This document shows positions 1 to 12,900 of a DNA stretch of 60,000 nt, piece by piece (within the stretch, counting starts at the first letter, position 1; each line of letters begins with the position of its first letter). A program made the translations under genes and the position numbers. The stretch is from Laetmonice hystrix (lineage: Eukaryota). Below the pieces are notes generated by a model. The model made no database searches and was not told the DNA's origin. It worked only from the letters and a program-made list of their open reading frames with translations. Location: assembly GCA_965235115.1 (NCBI GenBank), contig OZ249436.1, forward strand, positions 34,660,001-34,720,000. The letters run 5' to 3'.

Positions 1-35
1 TTTATTTTTCCTCCTATTGAACCCGCAAACTATAG

Positions 36-128
36 ATGACTTTTCTTCTGAGAGCGAGCTTGCACGCATGCATCTGTTGATAAATTGGCTTGTTGAGAGG
101 CGCAATATGATCAGTCAGTATACAACAG
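36..128 (+). CDS. Possible upstream exon of the PKD1-like gene (xDFSSESELARMHLLINWLVERRNMISQYTT)
   Basis: TATAG acceptor at 31-35, GTGAGC donor at 129, open and phase 1-1, which matches the phase of exon 870. No homology evidence. Confidence 0.35.
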
Positions 129-869
129 GTGAGCTTCTCTCCATCATCTGCGTCACGCGAACATGGCGTCATCGGTACCATTGAGCTGAATAACTGATGG
201 CGCTATGTGCACCTGCTACCTAGCAATGGTACAGGGTTTGCCAGGACATTGCGCAAGCAAATGGGTGGGGGAGGGGGCGGAGGGCTACAATAATAAGCCG
301 AGTGGGCCTATAACCTTAGCCTTGTTTCTTGTGACTTGCGCAGGCACAACTTGAAAAGACGAAGGCTCTTGATAGAGACTCCAGTACTTCGGAAAGTTGT
401 ATCTATAGGGTGTAAACATGCAGTTATCATCTGAGGGAGTGCAACCAAGCCCAGTCTTATAGGCTTCAATAGAAGGGCCCCTTGCGTTACAGCATGACAT
501 GTACGCTTGTATAAGCGGAAGTGCTGTAAAAGAATATTCAAATGTTATCATTCCCTAGAACCTTGTAACGGATACTTAAATTAATATCCCACTATGCGGG
601 AAATGTTTCTGTCTATTTAATACGGGAAGTAGATGTCAGTTTACACATCTTTTAAAAATGTGGATACATGTACATGTATATATGTTCATTCATCATAAAG
701 TACAAGAAACTACGTGATGTCGAACTTTCCTCCCCCATGTACATAGTCCCAGTATAAAGTTGCTATAATATTGAATCCAGCCTAGATATTGCATACTGAG
801 ACATCAAAGACACGTAAAACGATTCTAGTTAACTGCTGGGTATTTGAAAGTACATTACACATGTTACAG

Positions 870-3800
870 ATGAGGACTTCCTTGAGGGGTGCGTCTCCCA
901 GTTACCAGCAGAGGCAACGTCCACCCTTACAACTACAGCCGCGGTCCCGTGCAGGAAACACTGCTCAGGGACCAGCGCCATTGCCCTTCTTAGTGGCAGC
1001 GGATGTTCATGCTATGCCCCTTCCAATCTCCAAGTATATCTCGCCAGTCTGGAGTCCACCGGGCCCTGCAGTCAGTCATGGGGCGTCTATTACACGTCGG
1101 CAGGTCACGCGGCTCATCCTCATCCAATCAACCTCGACGTCACTGTCACGAATCCAACCACTAAAGGCTACACTCTCCCTCAAGAAACGGTCGTGTTCCA
1201 TTTCAACACCATCACACCGGAAATGGTGACCTTTCTCGTCAACTTTGATGACGGGTTAGCGGCGGAGACGCAGGACAATTCGACCAGCCACTACTGGCAT
1301 ACGGTTGGTACGTACAACGTCAACGTGACAGCGATCACGCGCAGGACCATGGACACAGAGATAGAAACAATTGAAATCACAATGGTTGACGAAGGAGTGA
1401 AACCGGAAGTGGACCTGCACAACAGTTTCTATGAAGCAGCACGTTCAGTGGCCGCGTGTCCAGTTGTGATCGGAGTCGGCCCTATCATGTGCACGGTATC
1501 CCTTGGAGACGGTACTGAAGACACGAGAAGTAACCTCAATCAGTTTGTCAACGAGTTCTGTATCAGTCACACGTTTGACACGGTGGGTCTCTATGACTTT
1601 ATTACAACCTGCCAAAACACGTACGGATCGACGAGTAAGACCAAAGTCATGCTTGCAGTGGACGACGTTGTGCATTTTGTGACGCAGCCTAAAAATGAAA
1701 GTGTGCTCATCCCTTACAAAGGATCCGTCATGAACACAGCGGATGTCAAAGTAGTCGTCAACGATAATGACATCAACTATTCCTTATTAACGTCTGGAAT
1801 TCTGGTTGAAAGCACAACCTTTCTCAATTCAGGCGAATATTTAATCAACATTAAGCATGTGGACACTGAACAGATTATAAGCTCACACTTATATAACTTG
1901 CAAAGTATCATAACGGGAGTGACACTGACAACGAATCTGATTCATTGCACTTTAAGTACAGAAATTAGTTTCGTCTTTGAAATTGTCTCTGGAGATCACA
2001 TTTACGCCGAATTGGATTACGGAGATGGAACAGGAGAGTCCTGGTATTTTCCCGAAGAGATTGGCCAGACTCCTGCATCCGTAGCAATAAACCATACATT
2101 GCCCGACCTGGGGAAATACTACGTCATACTAAGCGTAGGCAATGACGTCAGCTACATTCAGAGAACGACGCTGATCTCGATAGAACGCCCAATTCAAAGT
2201 GCCCAATTATACGTGCACAATGTCACGTACCTGGGTGACAAGGCCCACTTCACCTTCCGAGTCGATGAACGAGTGACGCCGACTATGCCATTTAACATTC
2301 ATTGTGACTTCGGCGATGGAAATATGGCGGAAGAAGTTATCGGCAATAAAAGCAACACATTTGAAGAGGTCGTCTATGTGTATGAATACGCCGACTACGG
2401 CATTTACAGGTATTCCTGCATTGTTTCCAACAACGTTACAACTTTGCCAATCACGCTCTCTGGAATTATTCAAGTAGGCGATAACATAACGTACGTAGAC
2501 CTTAGCGCAAACAAGGATGCCGTGTCGACAGGAGAAGAGCTTGAGATCACTGTACATTGTCCATTAGGTCAGCCTGTAAAATACCAAATTTTCATGGGAG
2601 ACGACACGGTAATAGAGGAAAACCTGCCACCGGTCGCCACTGTGGCTGGCTCCCGTCGTAAGCGCGCGGCTGGGGGACAACCCGGACCGCCTGGGACAAC
2701 ACCCGAACCATCCAACACAACCCTGTCTACGACTCCTGCACCGACTGTGGCCGGGACCACTTCACCACCCCTCACGTCAACTACACCACTACCCAGGACG
2801 CCCATGCCCGTCCGCACACCGAACCAGCCTCTAGTTGTTCGCCATACATACAACTCCCAAGGATGGTACACGGTCCGTGTTATCGTATTCAACCAGTTCG
2901 GAAACCACACGTCTTGGCTCAGTCCAAGGGTCCTTGTCATCCACGAACCAACCATGCCGACGTGCAGCGAGTTCCGACTAGAACCGTCTGTGGCCACCAC
3001 GGAAAGTTCACCAACAGAGGTCCTCCGCTCAGACAACTTCACCTTTTCAATAGCATCCTTCGTGGATTGTGGGAATAACTACGATCTGGTGTACACCGCA
3101 GACGCAGCCTGGAGGACAGCGTTGTCAACGTGGCGTCCAGAACTACAGTTCTCCTATTCGATTGCAATGAAAAACACCTTCCTGGTTCCAGCGCTGAGCC
3201 TTTGGTACGGCCTATACGAATTGGAAGTAACTGCCTATCTAGAACATCCTCTTTCTGCAGTCAGGCGCAAACGCGACGTGTCAAACGAGACAGATACGGG
3301 GGTCATTACAACGACGCAGATACCCATTAGCGTCATAAACCAAACGATCATTGACGCACAGCGCCGCCTAGAGGAAGAACTCGCCAGTCAGCCAATGGAT
3401 TGGCTCAACACTGCTCCTCAGCCCTACTACGTCCCACTCGACACCTCCGATGGTTTCAAAACGACATTGACGGCGGCCACAGCTAAAGTCTTCCTGAAGG
3501 TCAATAAAAGTCCTCTAATCGCAAACATAAAAGGGCCCTCCGAAAAGAACGTTTTCCGACTTGATGTTATAACGCTGGACGGCAGAGAGTCTCATGATCC
3601 TGATGTTGTTGTCCCTACAAATCGAACCGGCATGTGCATGCATGTTGTCTGTTACCCTGACAGACTTCTAACATATCGGGGCACGAAAAACTATACTGAC
3701 TTTATCCATGATGCTCGGAAGGTTGCTACTAATAAAGCCGGCGACGCGAACTTCTATGATATGGGATGTTTTCAAGACCCAGCAGCAAAGGGTGTTTTAA

Positions 3801-3916
3801 TACTGGATTGGGAAGTTGTCCTCTCTGCAAATCTACTCATACGCAACGACACTTTGAATTTTGAGCTCATTGTTAAAAAAGACACAAGATTTGGCAGTGC
3901 TACTCAACGAATCCAG
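870..3916 (+). CDS. Giant 3047-nt exon of PKD1-like gene: WSC-like Cys domain, ~5 PKD (Ig-like) repeats, partial REJ module
   Basis: ORF 1193-3958 extends in frame upstream to acceptor TTACAG (869): EGCVSQ..PCRKHCSG..ALLSGSGCSCY (WSC-like). PKD cores VNFDDG, VSLGDG, LDYGDG, CDFGDG, IFMGDD. REJ-like SPLIANIKG..ITLDGRESHDPD. Donor CAG|GTAGG at 3916/3917. Confidence 0.9.
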
Positions 3917-6900
3917 GTAGGTTTCTTCTCTGAAGATTTTAGGTTTACCTTTAGGTAAATCTAAAACATTGCGACATTCAGTGTAAACATGTGCTCTCGA
4001 GCAGCAGGTGTATTTCAGCCGTCATGTGTATCTACTTCGACTAGACTTATAATGATAGATATGACAAAATGTATAAACCCTTCTCATAACAAGCCCTGAA
4101 GGATCTATAAAGCTTCTTTTTCTAGCGAGTGTGGAATATGAGGGAATTCAACTTCTTTTGAGTTGTTTCGATTTTCTCCCTTCCCTTTAGGTGCTGTACT
4201 CGAATGAGACTGGCGTGGACCTTCTGAACAGTATCGATGCCCTCCTTGCCAGTGGAAACACCGGCGCCGCTCTGTACGTCATCGACCTGGTCTCTAACCT
4301 GCTCACAACCCCAGACGAAACGACCCAAAACGACACAGAGGCCAAAACGGAAAGGACAAAGGTAACCAAACACGGCAGCAGCCACAAAAATATTATTCCC
4401 CTCGGAGGAATGTTTTGAAAGAGTATGTTTTATTGTCGGTTTTTTTGTTCGTTTCCGTGTTCTTATGAGGCAGGTATGCATGCACCACGTAACTGTTTCT
4501 GACAACTTCGGCGGAAATTTGTAGGGGAAACGTATATTGTAATCCTATAGGAATTGGCCTATGGCGTGTTTACGATTGAGCTTTGGTTAAAAAAGCTTGG
4601 TATATTGTTTGTTCATTGGTAAACATACGTCATGCACATCAGGTACGGGGAAAGCTAATAGGAGCGCTGGGCAAGGTCTCCAACAACCTGCAGAACTTCG
4701 ACCAGATTGGAAAGACGACCTCCGTGTTGAAAGACGTCACCACTGTAAAAGATGAAGTCTCCGATGACGACAAGGTAGGCTGATAATGTTTACTTAATCC
4801 CAGTGGATCCGGGTATGAGTAATGGCATCCATCTTAGAATAATAAAACCTTCTTTCTCTCGCCTACGCGCAAGGAAGAGCATGGTTTTCAAGACCAACCA
4901 CAGATCGGCTAAGACAGACCAAATCCATGTTGCTGATTGTAGGGTAATGCAGCCGAAACAATGAATACAGTGGCCAACGTTACAGGCAACTCGACAGACG
5001 GCGTTAGTTTGGATGATTTGACAGATCTGTGTGGAGGTACGCAGATTGTGTAGATTGACGACATTACTCAGTTAAACGAGTTCTTTATAGCTCCCAGTAA
5101 AATCTCTCCTTTTATTTTGTATAGAGCTGAAATAGAGTGTAAAGGTCTGATTCAAAATTTGAACAAAGTGTCACAATTGCTGGTAAAGATTTGACACATG
5201 AATTTAAATACGACTTCTTCACACGTAAAAGATCATCCCTGACAGTGTATTGCCCACTTGCCAGATCTGATCAACACGGGAGACAATGTGGCACCGACTG
5301 ACGACACAGGAGGAGTGGGACCGACGACGATTGTCATCACGACGACCACACCGACTCATGTCACCACTAAAACTGTCGTCACTACGGCTACCACGCGAAC
5401 AGTGACGACAGAAACCCCGTTCGGGGTGAACGTCACCACCACACCGATAGTGCCGACAACGCCGGTTGTAACCACCCCAATGCCGACCACAACTACGACT
5501 ACGACCACGATGAAACCAGGTAGCTGTAGAAACGCTCCCCATCTGTTCTAGATATTACACAAGTGTGTTTTTATTTATTTATTTAGTAATTTTTTAAAAT
5601 ATTTCTATAACAATCTTTAAGATATTTTAAAAATTTATTATTATTATTTATTTATTTATTATGGAATATAATATACATCGTATCATTCCCCCACCACCCC
5701 TGACCCATACAACCTACCATCAACCCGTGTATTTGCATACTGCGTCACCTCCTGCGTGTGCACTCGCTGCATGTGCTTGTTCACGTGCTTTGTTTAGTTG
5801 TAAACAATTCATCAGTTGCACTCGATCGTCTGGCATCAGAATGCCACCCAAAAAAATATTTTACGAAATCGGCAGAGAAGCGGGCAAGGGAGCTTCATAA
5901 ACTTCGATTTCTCACGCAAAATGAAACTGATAAGTCTGTCTTTGTTTACCAAGCAATTTTAATGAAGGATCTCTTTATGAAAACAGCAAAAGTTCTTTAA
6001 AATACAGATTTTTCACATTTCCTCATAATATGCCCCTTTAATACCCCCTAACTTGTGCAGAGACGACCCAGTTCATTGTGACGGTCCCGCCCAGCCTGCA
6101 GCCAGAGACGACCGAGGAGCCTGTAGAAGAGGCGTGCTGTGACCGTACCCCAGAGCCGGGACTGTGTGAGTGGGAGGAACCAAAGTGTGAATTCTTGGTT
6201 GAGGACGACAGAAAAAAGATGTGGGACAACCAGACTTGTGACGAGGTGCACCCAGACGATTTGATTATCGTCCTCGAGCGGTACCGAATGTACCTGGCGC
6301 AGCAGAAAAGAATCGCTAACGCTAAGGTAAGACAGGTTTGCTAATCCAAATAAATATGTTACTGTGTTTTGTTCTTTGTAATGTTCTCAACATATTCGTT
6401 ACCCCTTTCATTGATAGGGCAAAGCTAAAAAACCATTGTACCTTTGATAGATTTACGAAATGAATGGCTACATTTATAACATGACATGATGTGGCGTGTT
6501 TAGTAGGCTAACAATGCTCTTTTATTCCCGACTTCCTCCATCTGAATGTTTTTAATCTGCTCCTGATTTCGGTAACCACTAACGATTGGACCATACCCCT
6601 TGGATTGGCAAATAATAGCTCAAATGTATAGTTTTAGGGTACTGCTGCGGTACATAATAGGTCATTGCCGCCCTTGCTTAATCAGGGTTGCTTACATGCA
6701 TGCATTCTGCATTGTTTCATTGTAACAGAAAAAGAAAGCGGCTACGAACGTGATGAGTGCCTACGACACTATGGGGAACGTACTGGTAGCTGCTTCAGGC
6801 GAGAATTCCGAGGTCTCGATTTCCACCCCAAAAACTCAATTCAAAACCTCAAAACTGGACGGATCTAAAGGAGGTAAATTACTGCATTGCTGTTTCTAAG

Positions 6901-9900
6901 ACCTAAGATGCCATTAGCAAATTCCCGTGGTTTAAGTCGGTAAATCGATTCATATTCTTTGAACATGACAACTTTCATACAGTACATCAGTAAGTTTTAT
7001 TGTACCGGCAGGATCGTCAAATGGTCTCGATTTCCCGAGTTCAGCACTTGGAGACAACGCTGGCGATGTTGCTGTCAAGGTAACGCCTACCTAAACAATA
7101 TCGAAAAGAAAGTCAAGGAGTCGTATAATACATCAAATATGTCCATTAAATGTTCCATTACGTACTTGTAAATGTACCGATATTGAAGACAAATCTACCA
7201 TAACTTGGTTTACATAACTGACTTACTGCTTATAATGATCTCCCAGCGGTTGATAAGACGGAAGACTATACAACAGAATTTATATGTTATATCTATAGTA
7301 GTCATAAAATTCTGTATCGGATCTTCAGTTTTCATTAAAATTCTCCACCTATAGCCCTCAGTTAATCAGGTATCGACAGACCATACACTAACGTTGGTGC
7401 ACATTCCTTGCAGGCCATTGTTTCAGACAATGTCTATACATACGATGACTCCTCTAAAGCTATAGGAACGAAGGTCAAGACGTTTTCATTTACGGATAAA
7501 AACGGCAAACCTATCCGAGTGGACAACTCCAGCGACCCACTGATGATATGGCTCGATGGTAGGAGTGTATAGTTCCCCTTGTTTCCATTGTTTATTGACT
7601 CGGTACTTTGATTGTTTCCGTTGTAATAGATGCATGGGCGAGACATGCAGTTTTCGAAAACTCAAAGTAAATAGAAACTCGTGATTCAAAATAACATCTC
7701 TAAATAAACAAGGCTTGAATGGTACAGTCTACTTCTTGGTATTATATGACTGTAGGCGCACCTGGTCATATTCTACAATACGAGTTTTGTGTGAATTGTT
7801 TATACATTAGTTTCTTTACTGTCCGGAAACAGGAAGTAATGACACACCGTTCACAGTGAATGAGGGAATCAACATGTCAGCTATCAACTATCACGAAACG
7901 ATCCTTCTAAATAACGAATCCACTCTGCACATCATAGTTATTCCGCAGCGAAAGGATGATAAATTCAGGGTTTTTCTTAAATACAATGTAAGTATCGTCA
8001 TGGTCAATCCAGTCTATTCGTTCTATTTGACTCCTTGGTCCACTTACACTGACTTTTCCCATTGGAAAACAAGTGTGTAAAATATATCTCGTCAGACCAT
8101 GTCGAGCGGAGTGATAAATTTCTACAAACAGGACAGGATAGAAAGAAATATTCATGGAAGTATTTTTTGAAATCAGTAAAATATTCCTTTGACCTTTGGA
8201 TTCTCCATACATCACATCACAGTAATAAATACCCGCTGACCATGTTTTCCTCTGTGAACAGGACTTCCCTAATGAGACATACTACGATGCCTACGGACAC
8301 TTACCCCGAGAAGACGATGACCTTTGCCAAGAACATAAGCTGCCGTCAGAGCAGCAACACATGTTGAAACACACGTTCTATCCTGACTCCAATACCACAT
8401 GGCGAGCGGGAACTTACCAAATCGGAGTACAACTAACACGTAATACATCAATACTCGTATTACCAGTTCAGTGTGGACAACACCTTCATCAAATTCATCA
8501 TTATCACCAGTATATCACTCAAACTGTTTCAAAGTGCTCACATATCTAAACTTCCATTTTACACATGCTTCTAGGAACAACGCTGTCCCTCATTGGCGAG
8601 GATCGGGACAAGAAGCACGTGAAGTATTCCATATTAATGCTGAATGCTGGCTGCAGGTTCTGGGATAATGAGAAAGACCGCTTCTCGACGGAAGGAATGA
8701 CTGTGAGTAACTATAGGCAGCAACATTTTCAAAACGTACGTTATAATATTAGAATAAAACCTAAGGTTGTGGGGCATACTGCTATGCACTTGCAGTAACT
8801 GTTTCATTGAGCCCACCGTTTGGGAGTGGTTAGACCAATAGAAAAACCTATAACTTCATGGTACAAACCATTGCAGGCCAGGGGCAATTCAGAGAACTTA
8901 TATAATTTTATTGTTATCGTCAGACAAATTTCTCTTAACATCGACGTGGTGTAGTCACTGGTGTAGACATTATAGTCAGTGTGACGTCTTGCCCTGTTCT
9001 TGACGCGGAGGACCTTCAGTTCTGTATCAACTCAAACCACAAAGTTGAATGTTGAAATATTGACATGTCATATTTTAGGTTGGTAACTGCACCACTCCAC
9101 AACGCGTCCAATGTTTTACCAGTCACTTGACGTCGTTCGGGGGAGACTTTGCCGTACCGCCAAACACCATCAACTTTGCCACGGTTTTCTCGGCCGAGAA
9201 GTTTATCGAGGCCGTCCCAGTATTTGTGACTGTGTCGCTTGTTCTTCTCATCTACCTTGGCGGCATAATCTGGGCCCGACGGATGGACAAACGGGATGTA
9301 CTCAGGGTTAGTCTCCAAACTATCTCATTCTGTGCAGGCATTTACGCCTGTCTTTACATCCTGACAGATGTTTTTACTGTTGTTGAAAATAAGTGCCAAA
9401 TTAAAACCTTTTGGCCCAAGAGCGAATTCCTGGGTTCTGATTTGAATTTAAGCCATGCACTATGACATGGTAAACTGCATACTTTTGAACACCGTTTATT
9501 GAGGCATGATACTTTCCTAGTGGTTTCACCTGATAATAATACACACTCCTGCCTATACATTCAGTGGGGCGCGGCACCCCTAGAGGACAACCTGCCCACT
9601 GACTCCTATCACTACCAGATCACAATGAACACTGGAGTGAAGAAAGGCTCGGGCACTACGTCCAAGGTGTCCTTCATCTTGTCAGGCGATGACAGCGATA
9701 CTGGCGTCAGGCGCCTGGCGGACGGTAAACGTAAGGTACGTGCCATAAGGACCTCTTACACACTTTATGGAGAGACAATCTGTGGGAATCTTTTGGTTTA
9801 AGAAACAAAAATAGGCCAATTGGGTCATTTAAAGTGAGAAATCATTTATAAAGGCTTCAGCCTTCAAAAATAGAAAACAGAACCTCTCTGCATGAAACTC

Positions 9901-12900
9901 ATATTTTGTTTAACAGTAACGTGTAGGTCTAGGTCCTGCTGATATTACGAACGAGCAGTTTGTGCCGATAAGATGTTGAGCCACAGATTCGAAAATGGGC
10001 CTTTTTCGTTATCATCAACAATGACAGCAAATACTCCAATCGGTAGAAATGGTGAACACTCGACTACATCGACAGTATTGGTCATTATTTTGAGAACCTT
10101 TGCAGGAGCTGCCTACAGGATCCATCCTCAACTATGTCATGTCAGTGGAGGGGTGCCTTGGTCCCCTTACGTATCTACGGGTATGGCACGACAACACAGG
10201 AAAGGGCAAAAAACGGTCATGGTTCCTTGGCCAAGTACAGGTCGTGGATCTACAGACTGGAGAAAAGTGAGTATCTCACAGAACACAGCATTCCATGCAA
10301 TGTAAATGTTCTGGTCTGTTCCTGCTCACAGAACACAGCATTCCATGCAATGTAAATGTTCTGCTCTGTTCCTGCTCACAGAACACAGCATTCCATGCAA
10401 TGTAAATGTTCTGCTCTGTTCCAAACCTATTCTGCACATTCTAACCGTAGGCCTATGACCAAGAGTGGGCGCACAAAATCCAAGGAGTTACCATGACTAT
10501 CCTTTTTACTTACTCTCTTATCGTCCAAATCATAATTTCTTTCGATCTAAAGGTAGCAAGACGCAGACTGAACAAAATGCGACTCTACAGTTTGTTGCTG
10601 TGCGAAACGCCCAGATAGTTACCACATAGCTTGGTTAACTTTTCAATAAAAGTCACCTTGAAGAAAGTAAAATGCTTGAGAGGAAAACTTATTATTTTCT
10701 TTCTTCATTCAGAGAGAGTGGCATTAACTAAACTTTCTTCATTGTCTTTCCCAAGTCTCAGGGAGCCTCTCTCTGACGCCAACCCATTCCCAACTCGACA
10801 TCGTGTCTCACGACGCTGTCGTCTGTTTGTGACAGGTTTTTCTTCCTGTGTGACCGGTGGTTAGCGGTGGAGGAGGATGATGGTATGGTCGAACGTATCG
10901 TACCTGTGGCCGGCATGAATGATCTGACGGCTTTCAAACATCTCTTCAACTCGTACGTCTCGCATACATCACCACAACATAACAAAACAACTAAAGGGAC
11001 ATGTGACCGGTTCAGTTTCAAAACAAGGCTTTCAAAATTGGGGGAAAATCAACTTCAACAAAATGCCATACTATTCCGTTAAAATGAACTCATATGACTA
11101 ATTACTTTGTATATATCATGATTTGATACTGTAAATAGAATAGGTTAGTTGCCTACCTTCACCATCTGAAAGCGAACTCAAGTAAACTTGTCATAACTGG
11201 CATTCATGTGAAAAACGGGACATTTGGTCCGACCATGTACTTGTCCAGTATAAATAATTGCTTAAAACACACATACACAAAAGGGATTGATTATAGACTA
11301 AACAAACATGTATTCCTTTCTCTGAACAGGTCAGTGCGGAAGAAGCTGACCAATGACCACCTATGGGTGTCGATCATGTCGCGTCCGACGCGATCCAACT
11401 TTACCCGAGTCCAACGTCTCTCCTGCTGTGTGTCTCTGCTCTTCCTAACCATGATCTCAAACTGTATGTTCTTCCGAGCCGACGAGGGCGCTGAGAACGT
11501 CTCGTCCGTCAAGGTGGGGCCGCTCTCCTTCACGCTGCATCAGTTATTTATATCCGTCGTCACGACCGCCATCGTCTTCCCGCCAAATATGCTGATCGTC
11601 ATCATATTCCGCAAAGCCAGGGCCAAGAAAAACGCAATCATGCATTTGAATCAGCAGGTGAGGGTCGACAACATTGGGTGTCGAGCTACGGTATGTAATC
11701 CAAGGTGGGAGGGGATTACAGGAGCCATACTTCATCGTCATGGACTCGACTCGAGGGTTGTGGGGTTTGCTGGACGGTTAGCCCCCAAAAATTGTTTTTG
11801 CGTGTTTGTTTCTAGTCTAGTTTTTTTTATTCTTTTGTGGAAGACCTGCAACCTCTGAATAATGTCCTGCTCTGGTAAAACTAAAAGTTCTGCTTTTCAA
11901 TTGGTTTTCTTCATAATTAAAATCATACATATTTACATAAGTAAAGACAAATGGATCAGAAGGAATAAGAGCTTGAGTTCCTCTGGATGAAAATGGTGAA
12001 AGCTAATCTCTTGGGTGAGAGTCCAAGTGATCGGTCACTTTATGGTAACTTCTTGTCCCACCCCGACAGAAATCCAAGAAGTTCCGCTGGCGAACCTTCA
12101 GTCCAGGTTCCTCGTTGTGGAACAATGTCCAGAAAACTCGGACTCAGAAGTTCCGGGAGACCATAAGGAACATCATGACCTCTCACCAGAAGGCAAAGTA
12201 CGAAGAATCCGCGCCCGAAGGACCGCTCACCAAGAAAAAGAAGAAGCGCTTCACCCTGCCGCACTGGACCATGTACATTGCATGGGCAAGTACGTTGGCT
12301 TTAGGTCACTATACTTGGGGAAACAATAAAAGACAAAATAAAAAACAAGATAGGAAATACATGACCTGTATTACGTGGAATTTGATCAAAATCTTGCTGT
12401 ATAATGATATGTTTGTGCAGGTTATTAATCAACATGACATTATTACATTTGATTTTTATTTTGATATGATATCATATAAACCAACCTACAAGCCGCTGTT
12501 TGTGTTCGTATGTCAGTGATCACAGTCAGCATCCTGGGCAGTGGATTTTTCACCATTCTCTACTCCATGGAATGGGGCCGGGAGAAGTCGCTGGACTGGC
12601 TCTCGACCTTCCTTCTCTCATTCTTCCAGTCTGTTATAGTTGTCCAACCGGTCAAGGTAAGTCACTGGACTGGCTCTCGACCTTCCTACTCTCATTCTTC
12701 CAGTCTGTTATAGTTGTCCAACCGGTCAAGGTAAGTCACTGGACTGGCTCTCGACCTTCCTTCTCTCATTCTTCCAGTCTGTTATAGTTGTCCAACCGGT
12801 CAAGGTAAGTCACTGGACTGGCTCTCGACCTTCCTTCTTTCATTCTTCCAGTCTGTTATAGTTGTCCAACCGGTCAAGGTAAGTCGCTGGACTGGCTCTC

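Noticed and set aside
12281..12295. Non-canonical GC-AG intron (TGG|GCAAGT)
   Set aside because: The next exon needs phase 1, which the canonical GT donor at 12290 provides.
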